Shown one piece after another: positions 24,281-40,469 of a DNA stretch of 64,000 nucleotides. Below the pieces are notes generated by a model. It was not told the origin of the DNA and did no database searches. It saw nothing but the letters and a program-made list of their open reading frames with translations. Position 1 is the first letter of the stretch, and each line of letters starts with the position of its first letter. A program made the position numbers and the translations under genes. This stretch comes from the human T2T-CHM13v2.0 reference genome, Homo sapiens: assembly GCF_009914755.1 (NCBI RefSeq), contig NC_060935.1; one strand, written 5' to 3'.

Positions 24281-25475
24281 AGGGGTGATTCAGGCCTGGG
24301 AAGTGGAAGAAACGAGCTCAGTGTTTTACCAGCCAGGAAGCATGGGGTGCTCCCTCCACTGCAAAGCCAAGCCCCCCAACTCCAGGAGACTCAGGGCTTC
24401 AGGGAGTTAACCTGCCCTGGCCATTCTTCCATAATCCATTCTTAGAGCTGCTCCTTTCCATGTGTGCCCTGGGCAGGAAACTGATTGTTTAAAATAATAA
24501 TAATAAGGTAAGAAAAGCTTGATGCAAAAAATTATTTCTAAATGACTTTCACTAATGTCCTCTGGGCTTCTGGGTGGGTAATCTGCGCCCCTTCTGTGTA
24601 CAGGCAAATGTGATTACAACAGGGCCTGCACTGGCCGGTCTCTGAGCTCCCAGCCCCCCAGGCTGTTGCCTGCCCTAACCACATTAGCAGCACAAGGGCC
24701 ATCCATCAGACTAATAGGGGGCCTGGGACAGCCCAGCCCTGCTGTAAGCAGCTGGACCCTATGGTCAGGAGATGCCTGGCTCTCACTTCTCACAATCACA
24801 GGACCGAGGATGAGCCTGTTGAACTGGCCTCCCTGGTCTTAACCCCTTTCTCCTGCCAGCCTCAGCCGTCCCCATTGCATCCTCAGAGCGGCTTGGTTGA
24901 GGGTGGTGAGGGGTCTCCCTGGTTCCTGCAGACAGACCAAATCTGGCTGGGGTGAGAGGCTATGTTTCTAGCCACCATCTGCCTCTCCCCTCCAATTCAG
25001 CAGGTGCCCACTCTTCTGGCCCCACCATCAACTCTCCCAGTCTCCCTGGCCCAAACCTGTCAAAAATAGAACTCCTTGGCAGCAGGAGCAGGAGAGTATA
25101 AGGGGCAGGGGGTCTTGTTTACCTAACACCATGCTAGTTGCTACAAAGGTCAAGGCCCATCTGCCAGGCAGCAGGTGCCAGGAAACCAGCTGCCTTCATG
25201 GCAAGAGCACCAAACATTAGTGAGGGACAGGTGGACAGACCAAGAAATCACCCCGATGTCCCGGCCTGCGACACACCCATGCACATGCAGGCACACACCT
25301 TAGGCCCAGGATTGACCAGGGAGGCTGTGTGTAACTCCCTCACTGCCACGACCCATGGCAAATGTGGGTCCCCGTGTTGGCTTCACATCCACAAACACCA
25401 TCCCTGCCCCCGGGTAAGTTCAGGAAAACTATTTGAATTTTAGACTAAATTCAAGGCAATTAAGAAGCCTAACTG

Positions 25476-26005
<530 letters not shown>

Positions 26006-26769
26006 CTATTGGACACAAGTCAAGCCACAACGGGGCCCATCTCAGAGCATCCTGAAGGCAGGTGAGGCAGAGACGGCTGAGCATAGTGAGCCTCTCCCCG
26101 CCTCACAGCTTTCATCAGAGAAATGGGGAGGATGTCCCAGCCTAATCCTAAGAGGACGCACTGGCTTTAAAGAACTTAGGAATGATCACCAATGTGTCTC
26201 CCCTGAAAGTTCCCACTTCCCAGGATCTCACCTGTGGGTGCAGGGAAGCCGGGAAAAGAAATGATGTCCCAGAAGGGATAATCCCCTTCTGGAGGGTGTG
26301 CTCTACAGATAGGTGGGCAGAGCTGAAGAGCGCAGAGTCCAGAAAACAGGTCCTGTGTTGTCGGCAAGGTTAGGCCCCGCCTGACGGAGCACGCAGGTGG
26401 GGGCCCAGTGCTCTGAGGCATAGTTCAAGGTAGAACAAAGGCCTGCGCAGGAGCCACAGAGCCCACACATGCCCAGAAACATGGCAACTTCAGGGCAAGG
26501 GAACCAGGAGCTCCAGTAGGCTGCAGCAGCTCTGCGGCCCTGGCAAGCCAGTTTCCTTCTCAGAACCTGTTTGGAACCTGCAAGCTGTTAGGCTAGATGC
26601 CTGCGTTTGAATATTCATTGTGCATCAGAATCACTTGGAAAGCTGTTTAAAAGTATACTTGCCCAAACAAGCCCAGAGATACTTAGTTAACTGGTGGTAG
26701 GTGAGGCCACCAGTATTTTTTAGAACAGAGATTCTGAAGTTTAGTCATGTCTGAAGAATACTACTACTA

Positions 26770-27270
<501 letters not shown>

Positions 27271-28439
27271 GACCACACTACCCTAGACCAAGGCCACTTC
27301 AAGCATGATCCTCAATGTGGCAGCAACAGATCACCTGGAAGCTTGTTGGAAATGCAAATTAAGGTGCCTTATTACAGACTTTAAGATATGTCCTTATATG
27401 ATGGAGAAAAGGATGATGAGGACAAGGAAAGGAGCTGCAGGGAGATAAAGGAGAGGAAGCTCAAGTGAGAGAAGATAGAAGCCAGCCAGTTACCACTGCA
27501 TTGGTGTATGATTGAGATGGGAGCAGGAGAGGCTCTCAAGCCCAATCACAGTTGCCCCTCTCAGAGATCTGTTCTCTCCCCTTGCCTTTCCAGACTATTG
27601 TGAAAAGTTTTCATGAGCGCTCCTCCAGCCATTTTGGCATAAATTACTGGCTCAGCCTCTAATCCCCCAACCATAATCCATCATTGCCAAGTTCATCACC
27701 TACCTGAATTATAACTGAAAAAGAATATATGATTTGAGTGACTTCCTGGAGACCTCAGGACAAGGGTTGATTCACCTTTGATCCTGGATCTGTGCTCCAT
27801 ACTGGAGCTGTAGACAGGCTTAATCACATGGACAGACTAGCAGGCTGAGCGTGCTGTGTAAGCCCTGGCCTCAAGTGCTCTAGGCTTGGAAGACCGACCC
27901 CTTCCTTGGCCTCCTGCCTAATTTATGGCCACAGCATCCCCTCAAACCCTGAGCTGCATAAATGCTATGAGGCATTAAGAAGAGAGGAGATAGCACAGGC
28001 CAGCTGGGAAGCAAGAGCCTCAGTGCTGCCTTGGGCTCAAATCCAACTTACTATGACCCTGGCCCAGCCACCTACTCTCTCTGGATCTTAATTTCTCTCT
28101 CTGCAAAACAAAAAAAGGAAGGCTCTCTGGCTTTCCTCAGATGGGCTTGCAAACTATCTCATATACATTAGATTGTCCTTTATTTGAGGTTTTTCCCCTC
28201 CAGTCTCTACTGGGTCTCCTATATTTGAAGAAGAACCAGTAAGGAGGGGCGGGCATCATACCTGTCTCATTTACAGTGTGCCCCCCTGGTGCCCTAGCAG
28301 CTTTCCTCTGGGGAATAAAGCTCAGCCATGTGACTGATCATGATGTAACATAACATAAACATCAAAGTGAGAATATGGGCTGATTCCAAAAGCAGCTTCA
28401 TTACTTACCCCCTCCTCAGCTCCCACTCTGGTAACTGCC

Positions 28440-29362
<923 letters not shown>

Positions 29363-29859
29363 GATCCTAAACTCTTTTAATTTTACCTTTCAGTACCAGT
29401 TGCTTTAGAATAACACTTCTTATACTTTTTCACTTCTCAAGATTAGTATTTCAATTAATTAGTATTTTCACTAATCAAGGTTAGTATTGATTTTCAACGT
29501 TGGCTGCACACCCCAGAATCTCTGGGGATAGGATTCAGCCATCAGTAGTTTTTCAAGCTCTCCAGGCACAGGCCTGAAACCCCTTAAGATAACTATAGCT
29601 GTCTTGTATCCCAGGAATCCAGGCTTCTGGGAAAGCCAACACAATGGCCAGTGGTTCAGAGAAAGGGAGAGGATTTTCTGGATTGAGCCATATGTGATAT
29701 CCTCCATTATCTCTGGACTTTAGTTTCGTAAGCAATACATCTTCTTTACTGATTGAGCTGGTTCAGCTTGAGTTTTCTGTTACCCAAAACCCACATAGAA
29801 TGTAATCTCATCAATTGATGGAGCTAAGGAGGTAAAGGGGAAGGCAATGAAGATTTCAC

Positions 29860-30158
29860 TAAAATGCCAGTCTCTTTGCTAAAGCATAGCAAGAGTGACC
29901 TTTGCTCCAATTCCCAGTAAGTTCCTCATCTCCATCTGAGACCACCTCAGCCTGGACTTCATTGTTCATATCACTGTCAGCATTTTGGTCAAAAACATTC
30001 AGCAAGGCTCTAGGAAGTTCCAAAGTTTCCCGCATCTTCCTGTATTCTTTTGAGCCCTCCAAACAGTTCCAACCTCTGCCCGTTACCCAGTTCCAAAGGT
30101 GCTTCCACATTTTCAGGCATCCTTATAGCAGCACCCCCTCACTGCAGTACCAATTTAC
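29860..30158 (-). pseudogene. MaLR (THE1/MST) internal region, 5' fragment with degenerate ORF
   Basis: ORF 29859-30110 (LELPRALLNVFDQNADSDMNNEVQAEVVSDGDEELTGNWSKG) is typical MaLR internal sequence, directly downstream of the LTR. Confidence 0.85.
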
Positions 30159-30534
30159 TGTATTAATCCGTTCTCACACTGCTATAATGATGCTACCCGA
30201 GACTGGGTAATTTATTAACAAAGAAGATTCAATTGACTCACAGTTCCACATGACAGGGAAGGCCTCAGGAAACTTACAATCATGGTAGAAGGGGAAGCGG
30301 ACACCTTCTTCACAAGGTGGCAGGAGGGAGTGTGCAGGAGAAACTACCATTTATAAAGCCATCAGATCTTGTGAGAATTCACTCACTATCACGAGAACAG
30401 CATGGGAGAAACTGCCCCCATAATCCAATCACTTTCCTTCCTTGACATGTGGGGACTACAGTTTCCTCCCTCAACACATGGGGATTACAATTCAAAATGA
30501 GATTTGGGTGGGGACACACAGCCAAACCATATCA
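30159..30534 (-). mobile_element. MSTA/THE1D-like 5' LTR
   Basis: tgtatta...aaaccatatca termini in antisense. Confidence 0.9.
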
Positions 30535-30603
30535 ACTATCCTGGGCCAGGAGGTTGGTCACTCTTGTTCTGAGGTAGCAAAACAGCTGATTAAACTATAT
30601 AGC

Positions 30604-30729
30604 CTTTCTGTTTGTTTGTTTTTTTAGTGGCAGGGTCTCAACATGGTCTCAAACTCCTGGGCTCAAGCAATCCTCCCACCTCAGCCTCTTAAGTAGCTGG
30701 GACTATAGGTGCACACCACTGCACCTGGC
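30604..30729 (-). mobile_element. Alu monomer fragment (FLAM-like)
   Basis: 'ggtctcaaactcctgggctcaagcaatcctcccacctcagcc'. Confidence 0.8.
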
Positions 30730-31195
30730 TCCTACTATAGACTTTTTTATCTCAAGAGTCATATTGCGTATTTGCCAAGACTTCAGCATGCCAGAATTTG
30801 TTAGCAAAAATTCAAGGTGTCTGAGGGTGAAGGCTACTTTTTGAAGCTTTTAGTAAGGTTTAAAACTGCCTCACCTGAACACAGCTGGAGAAGAAAATGA
30901 GAATTTGCTAAAAGGTGACCCTTTTAGCTTGTTGTCTGCAATATAATTGCCAGGGGTCTGGCTATACATAATTAGGCTTGCAGAGTTGGAAAAGCCACAT
31001 TCTCCACCTCCAGCTCAATTTTCTGCAAGTGGAGGCAAGAGGTAAGAAACCCAGCAGAGGACAGATCAGGACCCAGGAAAAGCCTAATTCTCCAGGTATT
31101 TCTCAAGTACATCTGTTAATTATCATCTGCCTAAGACAAGGATGTGTCCTCTGACAAAAATGTAGCTGTGAGCAAGAAGATTTAGAGATGCATCC

Positions 31196-31532
31196 TGATA
31201 TGGTTTGGCTGTGTTCCCACCCAAATCTCATCTTAAATTGTAGTCCCATAATTCCCATGTGTTGTGGGAGGGACCTGGTGGGAGGTAATTGAATCATGGG
31301 GGCAGGTCTTTCCTGTGCTGTTCTCATGATAGTGAATAAGTTTCGTGAGATCTGATGATTTTATAAAGGGAAGTTTCCCTGCATGTGCTCTCTTGCCTGC
31401 TGCCACATAAGACATGGCTTTGCTCCTGCTTCATCTTCTGCCGTGATTGTGAGTACATTAAACCTCTTTTTCTTTATAAATTGCCCAGTCTTGGGTATAT
31501 CTTTATTAGCAGTGTGAGAATGGACTAATACA
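31196..31532 (+). mobile_element. THE1B-like solo LTR
   Basis: TGATATGG...ACTAATACA termini; TSD CATCC on both sides. Confidence 0.93.
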
Positions 31533-32331
31533 CATCCTCACCCAGTCTGAGGTTTCCAATTGCCCCAAAGTATAGTCCATTGAGAGCCAGAGGAAAGGTA
31601 GTACATTGAGGTCTGACTCGTTGCCTGGAGATAGAATTATCCAGACCCTGTTTTAGCTTAAAAAACGAATTATCTAGCTTTGTCCAATAGCCAAAGGCCT
31701 AAAGCAACTAGACCCATAGGCTACTGGACCTGTTAGAATTGAGTTTGGTTGCTTCTACAGGAGCCTAAATATAGTGGCTTCTCCATAATATGTGTTTCCT
31801 TTTCCTCCCACTCCCAAAATAAAAGATGTATCTTAGGCATTGAGGAAATGTCTGGCACATGATGGACAAATGAGTGAATGAAGCCAGCCCCAATCATGAT
31901 CAATGATATAGCTCAAAGTAAAGCAAAGGGATAGACAGTGAGAGCACAGTTTCTCAGTTTGGGCTGGGAAAGAGGGATCTATGGTGAGAGATCTGAGCCT
32001 TAAGCCTAGACCTGAGCTGCCTCTTCTTCATATCTTAGACAGATCTCTACTTTGCCCAGCAACAAACATAGTACTGAGGGTCCTCAGTGTCCTCCCTGGA
32101 GGTTTATAGACTCTTCTGTCTACTAGACTACTATTCCCTGGGAACCTTTAATGTGTTGGGTAATGGACAAGATGGATACATCCAAAATTGTTCTCTATGA
32201 TAAAGATGTAATAGACAAGGGAACCAGGGACACAGTGTATCTAATTCATTTGGAAATGTAAAGAATCCAGAATAGCTATGCCATTCTTGAAAAATAAGAA
32301 CAAAGTTGGAGGATTTGTACTACCAATTTCA

Positions 32332-32736
<405 letters not shown>

Positions 32737-33165
32737 TTATGGCCAATTGATTTTGGCAAAGGTGCCGAGACAATTTAATGAGGGAGAGAATAGTCTTTTC
32801 AGCAAATGCTGGGATAGTTGGACATTCACGTATAAAAGGATGGCGCTCTACCCTTAACTCACACCATACACAAAAATTAACTCAAAAGCAATCATAGGTC
32901 TAAACATAAGAACTAAAACTACAAAATTCTAACAAGAAAACATAGAAATAAGTCTTTGTGACCTAGAATTAAGCAATGATTTCCTAATTACAACGCCAAA
33001 AGTGCAAATGATAAAAGAAAAAAATGGATAAATTAGACTTCATCGAAGTTGATACCTTTCTCTCTTCAAAAGACACCAAGGAAATGAAAAGACAAGCCAC
33101 AGATGGGGAGAAAATATGTAAATATATTTACAAATCATACATCTGACAAGGGACTTTTAATCATA

Positions 33166-33967
<802 letters not shown>

Positions 33968-34151
33968 CCCGAATAAAGAATTCTTATTATTCAATAAAAA
34001 GACAAATAACCCAATATAAAAATGGGAAAAAGGTTTAAATAGCCATTTCACAAGACACGTGAATAGCCAAAAAGCCCAGGAAAAGATGTTCAACATCATT
34101 GGCCACTAGGGAAATGCAAATCAAAACCACAATGAGATACCACTTTATACC

Positions 34152-34250
34152 TGTGCCCTAATCCCTGGAACCTGTGTCCATGTTACCTTACATGGCAACA
34201 GGAACCTTGCAGATGTGATTAAAGTTAAAGACCTTGAGATGAGAAGCGTG
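34152..34250 (+). mobile_element. MLT1D-like 5' fragment
   Basis: 'cctaatccctggaacctg...gttaccttacatggcaacaggaaccttgcagatgtgattaa'. Confidence 0.75.
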
Positions 34251-34813
34251 TCTGGCTTGCCTGCACGTACACCCAGGCAATCTAGCAGGAGCCCCCAGGC
34301 CATAAGCCAGCCATTTGATCACAGGCCAGACACTTTGATCTTTAGATCCAGCCATTAGATGTCCAGTTCAGGACAAAACGTGGGTAACAGAGCAAGGAAA
34401 AAGATCCCCTTTTCACCTCTGCTACCAAGCTCAGAGAGGTTGCTATCAGATAGGATTTGAATGAAAAATCACGTGATGGTCCTGGGTTTAGTTAGGCTTT
34501 TACTGACTCCATTCATCCCGCAACACCCCGTGACCCCTCTCTGCATTTTCCTAGAGCTAGAGCTGGACATCAAAGATAAATACCATGAAAAGAAATGGCT
34601 GTGACACCCGAAGTCCCATGTACTTCTGAGACCTCACAGTAGACCACAGGGACAAAACGCTCTGTAGGGTCTCATTCTTTTAGGATCCTTGCTCAGCAGA
34701 AACAATGCACCATGGCCTGTCACTGTGGAGTGTTTCACACATACAGACTCTAGGAAAGACACACCTAAAAACAACTATACACATGAAGAAAGGTGTTTAT
34801 TTCTAAATATTTC

Positions 34814-34944
34814 AAGTTCAACACACGTCTCACTGAGCTAATACCAAAGTGCTGGCAGCCTCTAGGGGAGGAGCTGTTTCCTTGCCTTTTCCAGTTTCTA
34901 GAAGCCATCTGCATTGCTTTGCTTCTGGCCTCTTCCTCCAGCTT
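34814..34944 (-). mobile_element. MLT1D-like mid fragment, inverted
   Basis: Reverse complement aligns to 33745-33876. Confidence 0.8.
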
Positions 34945-34970
34945 TTTGACTATCATCAAAAAGATATACA

Positions 34971-35235
34971 GGCTGGGTGTGGTAGCCCACACCAGTAATC
35001 CCAGTACTTTGAGAGACCAAGGAGGCAGGATCACTTGAGCCCAGCAGTTCCAGGGCAGCCTGGGCAACAAAGAGTGACCCCCATCTCTACAAAAGAAAAA
35101 AAAAAGATAGGGTGTGGTGGCATGCACACCTGTAATCCCAGCTACTTGGTAGGCTGAGATGGGAAGCACTTGAGCCCAGGAGGTTGAGGCTGCAGTGAGC
35201 CATGATGGCACCACAGTACTCCTGCCTCAAAAAGG
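34971..35235 (+). mobile_element. AluJ with a 3' deletion
   Basis: Dimer lacking the last ~25 bp; TSD AAAGATATACA / AAAGACATACA. Confidence 0.9.
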
Positions 35236-35401
35236 AAAGACATACAGTAACAAGTGTTGGTGAGGATGTGAAGAAACTGGAAAAACACATACATTTCTAG
35301 TGAGACTTAAAATAGTGCAGCCATTTTGGAAAATAGCTTGGCACCTTCTTAAAATGTTAAATATAGAGCCTATAATAAACATAGAGTATGTAGACATGTG
35401 A

Positions 35402-35775
<374 letters not shown>

Positions 35776-35800
35776 TGTATGGGAATATTTATAGCAGCAC

Positions 35801-36333
<533 letters not shown>

Positions 36334-38164
36334 ATTTATAGCATCATTATTCATTATAGTCCAAAGTGGAAATAACTCATTAGTTCATCAATCGGTGAAT
36401 GGATAAACAAAATAGTAAATAATAATATATAAATAATAAGAAATAAAGTACCAATACATGCTACAACACAAATGAACCTCAAAAACATTACTCTAAGTGA
36501 AAGAAGCCAGTCATAAGGACCACATATTGTATGATTCCATTCAAATAAAATGTCCTGAATCAGGAAGTCTATGGAGACAGAGAGCAGACTGGTGGTTTCC
36601 TAGAGCTGGAGTGGGGGAAGTGCTGGGGGGTGACTGATGGCTAAGAATACAGAGTTTCTTTATGGTGCAATAAAATGTTCTAACTTAAATCGTGGTGATA
36701 GTGGCAAAACCCTGTAAATATACTAAAAATCATTGCATTGTACACTCAAGATGAGTGAACTTTATGGTATGTAAATTATACCTCAATAAAGCTAAGGAAG
36801 AAGAGAAGAACGAGCAGAACTCTGCATTGTGGAATTATCAAACCCTTCAAGTGCAGCCTTCCTGGAGGCAGGAGGTAAACCTTCAGCCTCAGGAGCCCAG
36901 GGATTGAAAACTCCCATTTGCACAGACCTAGCTGGGTTCCTAGTTGTACTGATTAAATATAGAATTTGATTTGATTCCAGTAGCCTATAACACTGGGCAA
37001 GATTAGTCAGAGCTTCCCAGAGAGAAAAGGAAGTCTTTTTGGGGGACAGCTCACTAAGACCGATGAGATTAAGGAATGAATTTGGCAAGAGGAAAGGATA
37101 CGGCTACAGTATCCATGATTGCCAACCAGAAAATAGGGCACATGCAAACATACTTGGAGAACAAAGGGACAAATTACATGAAACCAGGTCTGGCCAAATG
37201 GGTATAGCCATATTAACCTCTGTCTGTACTCTGTTCCCAGAGGGTTCAAAGAAGAAAATCTAGGTCTTGTGGCTGACCTGGTTCTAAAAGAGCTTGGCTC
37301 CCAGGCCAGGATGTGGGGGTGCAGTCACTTTATAATAAATGGCAACATACAAGCAGGCAGGAAACTCATGTGGGAATCAGTCTGTTGTTAAAGCAAGGCC
37401 CCAGGTTGCCTGTGTTCTGAATACACGAAACTCATCCTCATCCATCTATCTTCACACCTGAGAGAGAGAAGGTGCTGTAACAAGCATCTTGATATATATG
37501 CATCTACAATCTGGTTATGAGGTTATCAAGCAAGAAAGACGCCCCGAGGGAATGCAGATGCTTTTTTCATAGAGGAAACAGTGAGTAAATAGCTGGAATT
37601 TATCTTAAGGGAGATAATAGAAGCACTTCTTTAAAAAGTGGAAAAAACAATATTTTCCCCCAGAGTGTTAAAGCCTTTCCAGGTTTAGATCATGTTTCTC
37701 ATTAATGGGTTTCCTAGCCAGATTCATCTTAGGTCCATGAGACAAGGAGAGAAGTGGATCTGCCTGGTCAGTGGTTTTAAAACAAGCCAAGTTGAGGAGG
37801 GAGGGAGGGAGGGAGAAAGACATCAGCACCCCCCAAACTTGGCCTTCGTTTCTGCCCAACCTCAGAGCTTCTTGGAGGACAGCCCAAGAGCATACACAGC
37901 TCATGGCCTCAGGGATACTGGAAATTTCTGGAAGAAGCTTCTGCTTCTAAGTCTGCTGGGATCACTATATGTCATCGCTGTCTCAGTGAGGGCCTTTGGC
38001 CTTGTTGCCTACATAAATGTAAACACTAAATGTATTTGCTTTACTGACCTATTTGTGTAAGAACTAGCTTTGCTGGCTGAGACAGTCAATGAGATCACGA
38101 ATATGGAAGCCTTTGAGAATCGGGGAGCACAGGGTGGGGAGATGCAGGAGAAGTGGCCAGGAAA

Positions 38165-38330
38165 AGTATTTATTGAAAACATTTAAAGGCTAAGCACTTT
38201 CCTTTAGATTATTTCATTACTTTCTATTTTTAAAATCATAAGGTAGGCATTTCCACTAACAGAGAGAGAAACTGAGGCTCAGGAGTTATATGGCACATCT
38301 GACCCAAGCTGTAAGTGGCAGGGCAGGAAT
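38165..38330 (-). mobile_element. MIR
   Basis: 'gagaaactgaggctcaggagttatatggc'. Confidence 0.7.
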
Positions 38331-38400
38331 GGAACTTTGGAAGGCCGAGGCGAGCAGATCACTTGAGGCAAGGAGTGTGAGCCACTGCGCAGGGCCGATC

Positions 38401-38571
38401 TTTTTTTTTTTTTTTTACTTTATTTTTTACTTTTAAATTAATTAATTTTTTCTTAGAGATTGGGTCTTGCTATGTTGCCTAGGCTGGTCTCAAACTACTG
38501 GACTCAAGCAAACCTCTCACCTCCACCTCTGAAAGAGCTAGGATTACAGGCATGAGCCACTGCACTTGACC
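38401..38571 (-). mobile_element. Alu left monomer (FLAM_C-like)
   Basis: T tail followed by 'agagattgggtcttgctatgttgcctaggctggtctcaaact...gagccactgcac'. Confidence 0.85.
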
Positions 38572-39559
38572 CTGAAAGGCCCCATCATAGATGTTCTTTA
38601 ATGACCATTCCAGCTATGACACATGGTGGATTTTTCCCCAGCCTTCTCCTCCTGCAGAGGGTTCCCTCAGAGCTGGTGAGCTCCTGCGTGCCTGCCACTG
38701 CTCTGTTCCCTCCGCATCCCCAGAATGCATCTCCTGGCAGCCTGTTTCACAGGTGTGCACACTTACCTTCATGAAAGCCCTGAGGTTAAATGACTTGCTC
38801 AAAGTCACACAAGTGGCTGCCAGAGCAAGGACTTTAGCCTGCACAACCTGGCTGCAAGTCCAGAGTTTTCCACACCACCATCTGCCTCCTCAGACAGTGC
38901 TCAAGCAGCACCCAGGCCTCCCAGGGAGAATGCCCTCCACCCCACTGGCCTGCAGGCCATTAGGCTCCCTGCAGGAGCAGAGCTCTTCCTCTTGTCTTCT
39001 GCATCCAGCACCCCTCACCTTTGTGCTGGCCTTCAGCACAACCACACCTTCCCAAGCCTGTCCCTGATGTCCCTTGGGTACACCTGGGTCATGTGTGTTT
39101 GGGAATGAGAAACAGGTTCATCAGTTCTATTTTGAGCTGTCTTGTCCATGGGACAAGATCAAGATCCATGGGCATCTTCCTGAATTCTTCTTCCCGTGGG
39201 AGCAGACATTCTACCTCATGCAACTTTTAACTGGACAAACCAACTATGTGTCATTAACGCTGTGTTTCTCTTCCAGTCCCAAGTGTGGAACTTTAATTCT
39301 TTCTGTCAAAGCTCCCTCTAGATCTGTGATGTGGTAGCCAGGAGTCTTATGAACGCATGAGCCGGGGACACTGGGCAGGGTAGCGAGGGTTCTAGCTGTG
39401 AATGCAGGAAGCCACCATGGGTAGTGCCACTCAAAACTTTTGGTGGCAGAAATGAGGCTCTTGTCCTAGAGGGACATCTGTAAGCAAAGTCCTGGCTTGA
39501 GATTTCTAATATCTATTAATTATTGTGCGCGAGCTTAGGTAGAGAGGAAAGATGGAGAA

Positions 39560-39930
39560 TGATGGCTAGATGGCAGTTGATGGGTGTTAAATAATAGATA
39601 GTAGCTGGTAGATAGTAGGTAACTATAGACAGTAGAGAATAAAAAGTAGCTGACCGATTGTTGCACATGGCAGGTAATAGATAGTAGCCGATAGTAGATC
39701 ACAGATAACAAATGGAAGATACCAGATAATGGTTAAGGATAATAGAAGCTGATAGTAGATAATAGTAGATCGTTGATAAGAGTGGCTAATAATGGATAAT
39801 AGGAGCTAGGTGATAATAGTAGCTAATGGTGGCTAATAGTTGGTATTGATAATAGTTGCTAATAGAGGGCAGTGCTATAGCAGGTAATAGTGCTGGCTGT
39901 AGATCATAGCTGATAGCTCATAGGTAGTGG
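39560..39930. repeat. Degenerate GATAGTAG/GATAATAG low-complexity tandem repeat
   Basis: Recurrent gatagtag, gataatag and gctaatag units. Confidence 0.7.
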
Positions 39931-40469
39931 CCTAAAAGACCACTAAATACAGAGTCTCCTAGTTCCATCTATTATTCTAAATGGCTGAAAGACACACTTG
40001 GACAATCTTGTGTGAGCCTGTCCTGAAGTTTCTGGAACCCAAAGTGACTGGGGTGGGGGACACTCAACCCAGTAGTGATAAAACTTTGTTTCCAGTTTAA
40101 TGTCCTTCTTTAACTAGGTGTAGGATCTCAGGTCCACCATGAAACCCTAGGATGCCTCATTGCTAAGGAAGGGGATGGATCATAATCCCAGCTCTACCCA
40201 CGCCAGAAGGCAAAATGAGGATCTACAATAGCGTAAACACTCTTTGACATTTCACAGGTTGATGCAGGAGTCAAAAGGCCAGCAAAGCTGGCGAAAGCCC
40301 AGCTGCAGGAGGCTGACCATTGGCCCTGGTTCGTAGGCAGAGGGGATAACTGTGTTTTGCAACCTCACAGTCAGCAGGGCACCCCCACAGTCAGCAGGGC
40401 ACTGCAGGGGGCAGGGACAGCATGTGGCTGACAGGCTAGCCCAACTGCTGATAGGCCAGGGATATCTTT

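Noticed and set aside
29859-30110. Functional retroviral or domesticated protein
   Set aside because: Short truncated remnant of the MaLR internal ORF
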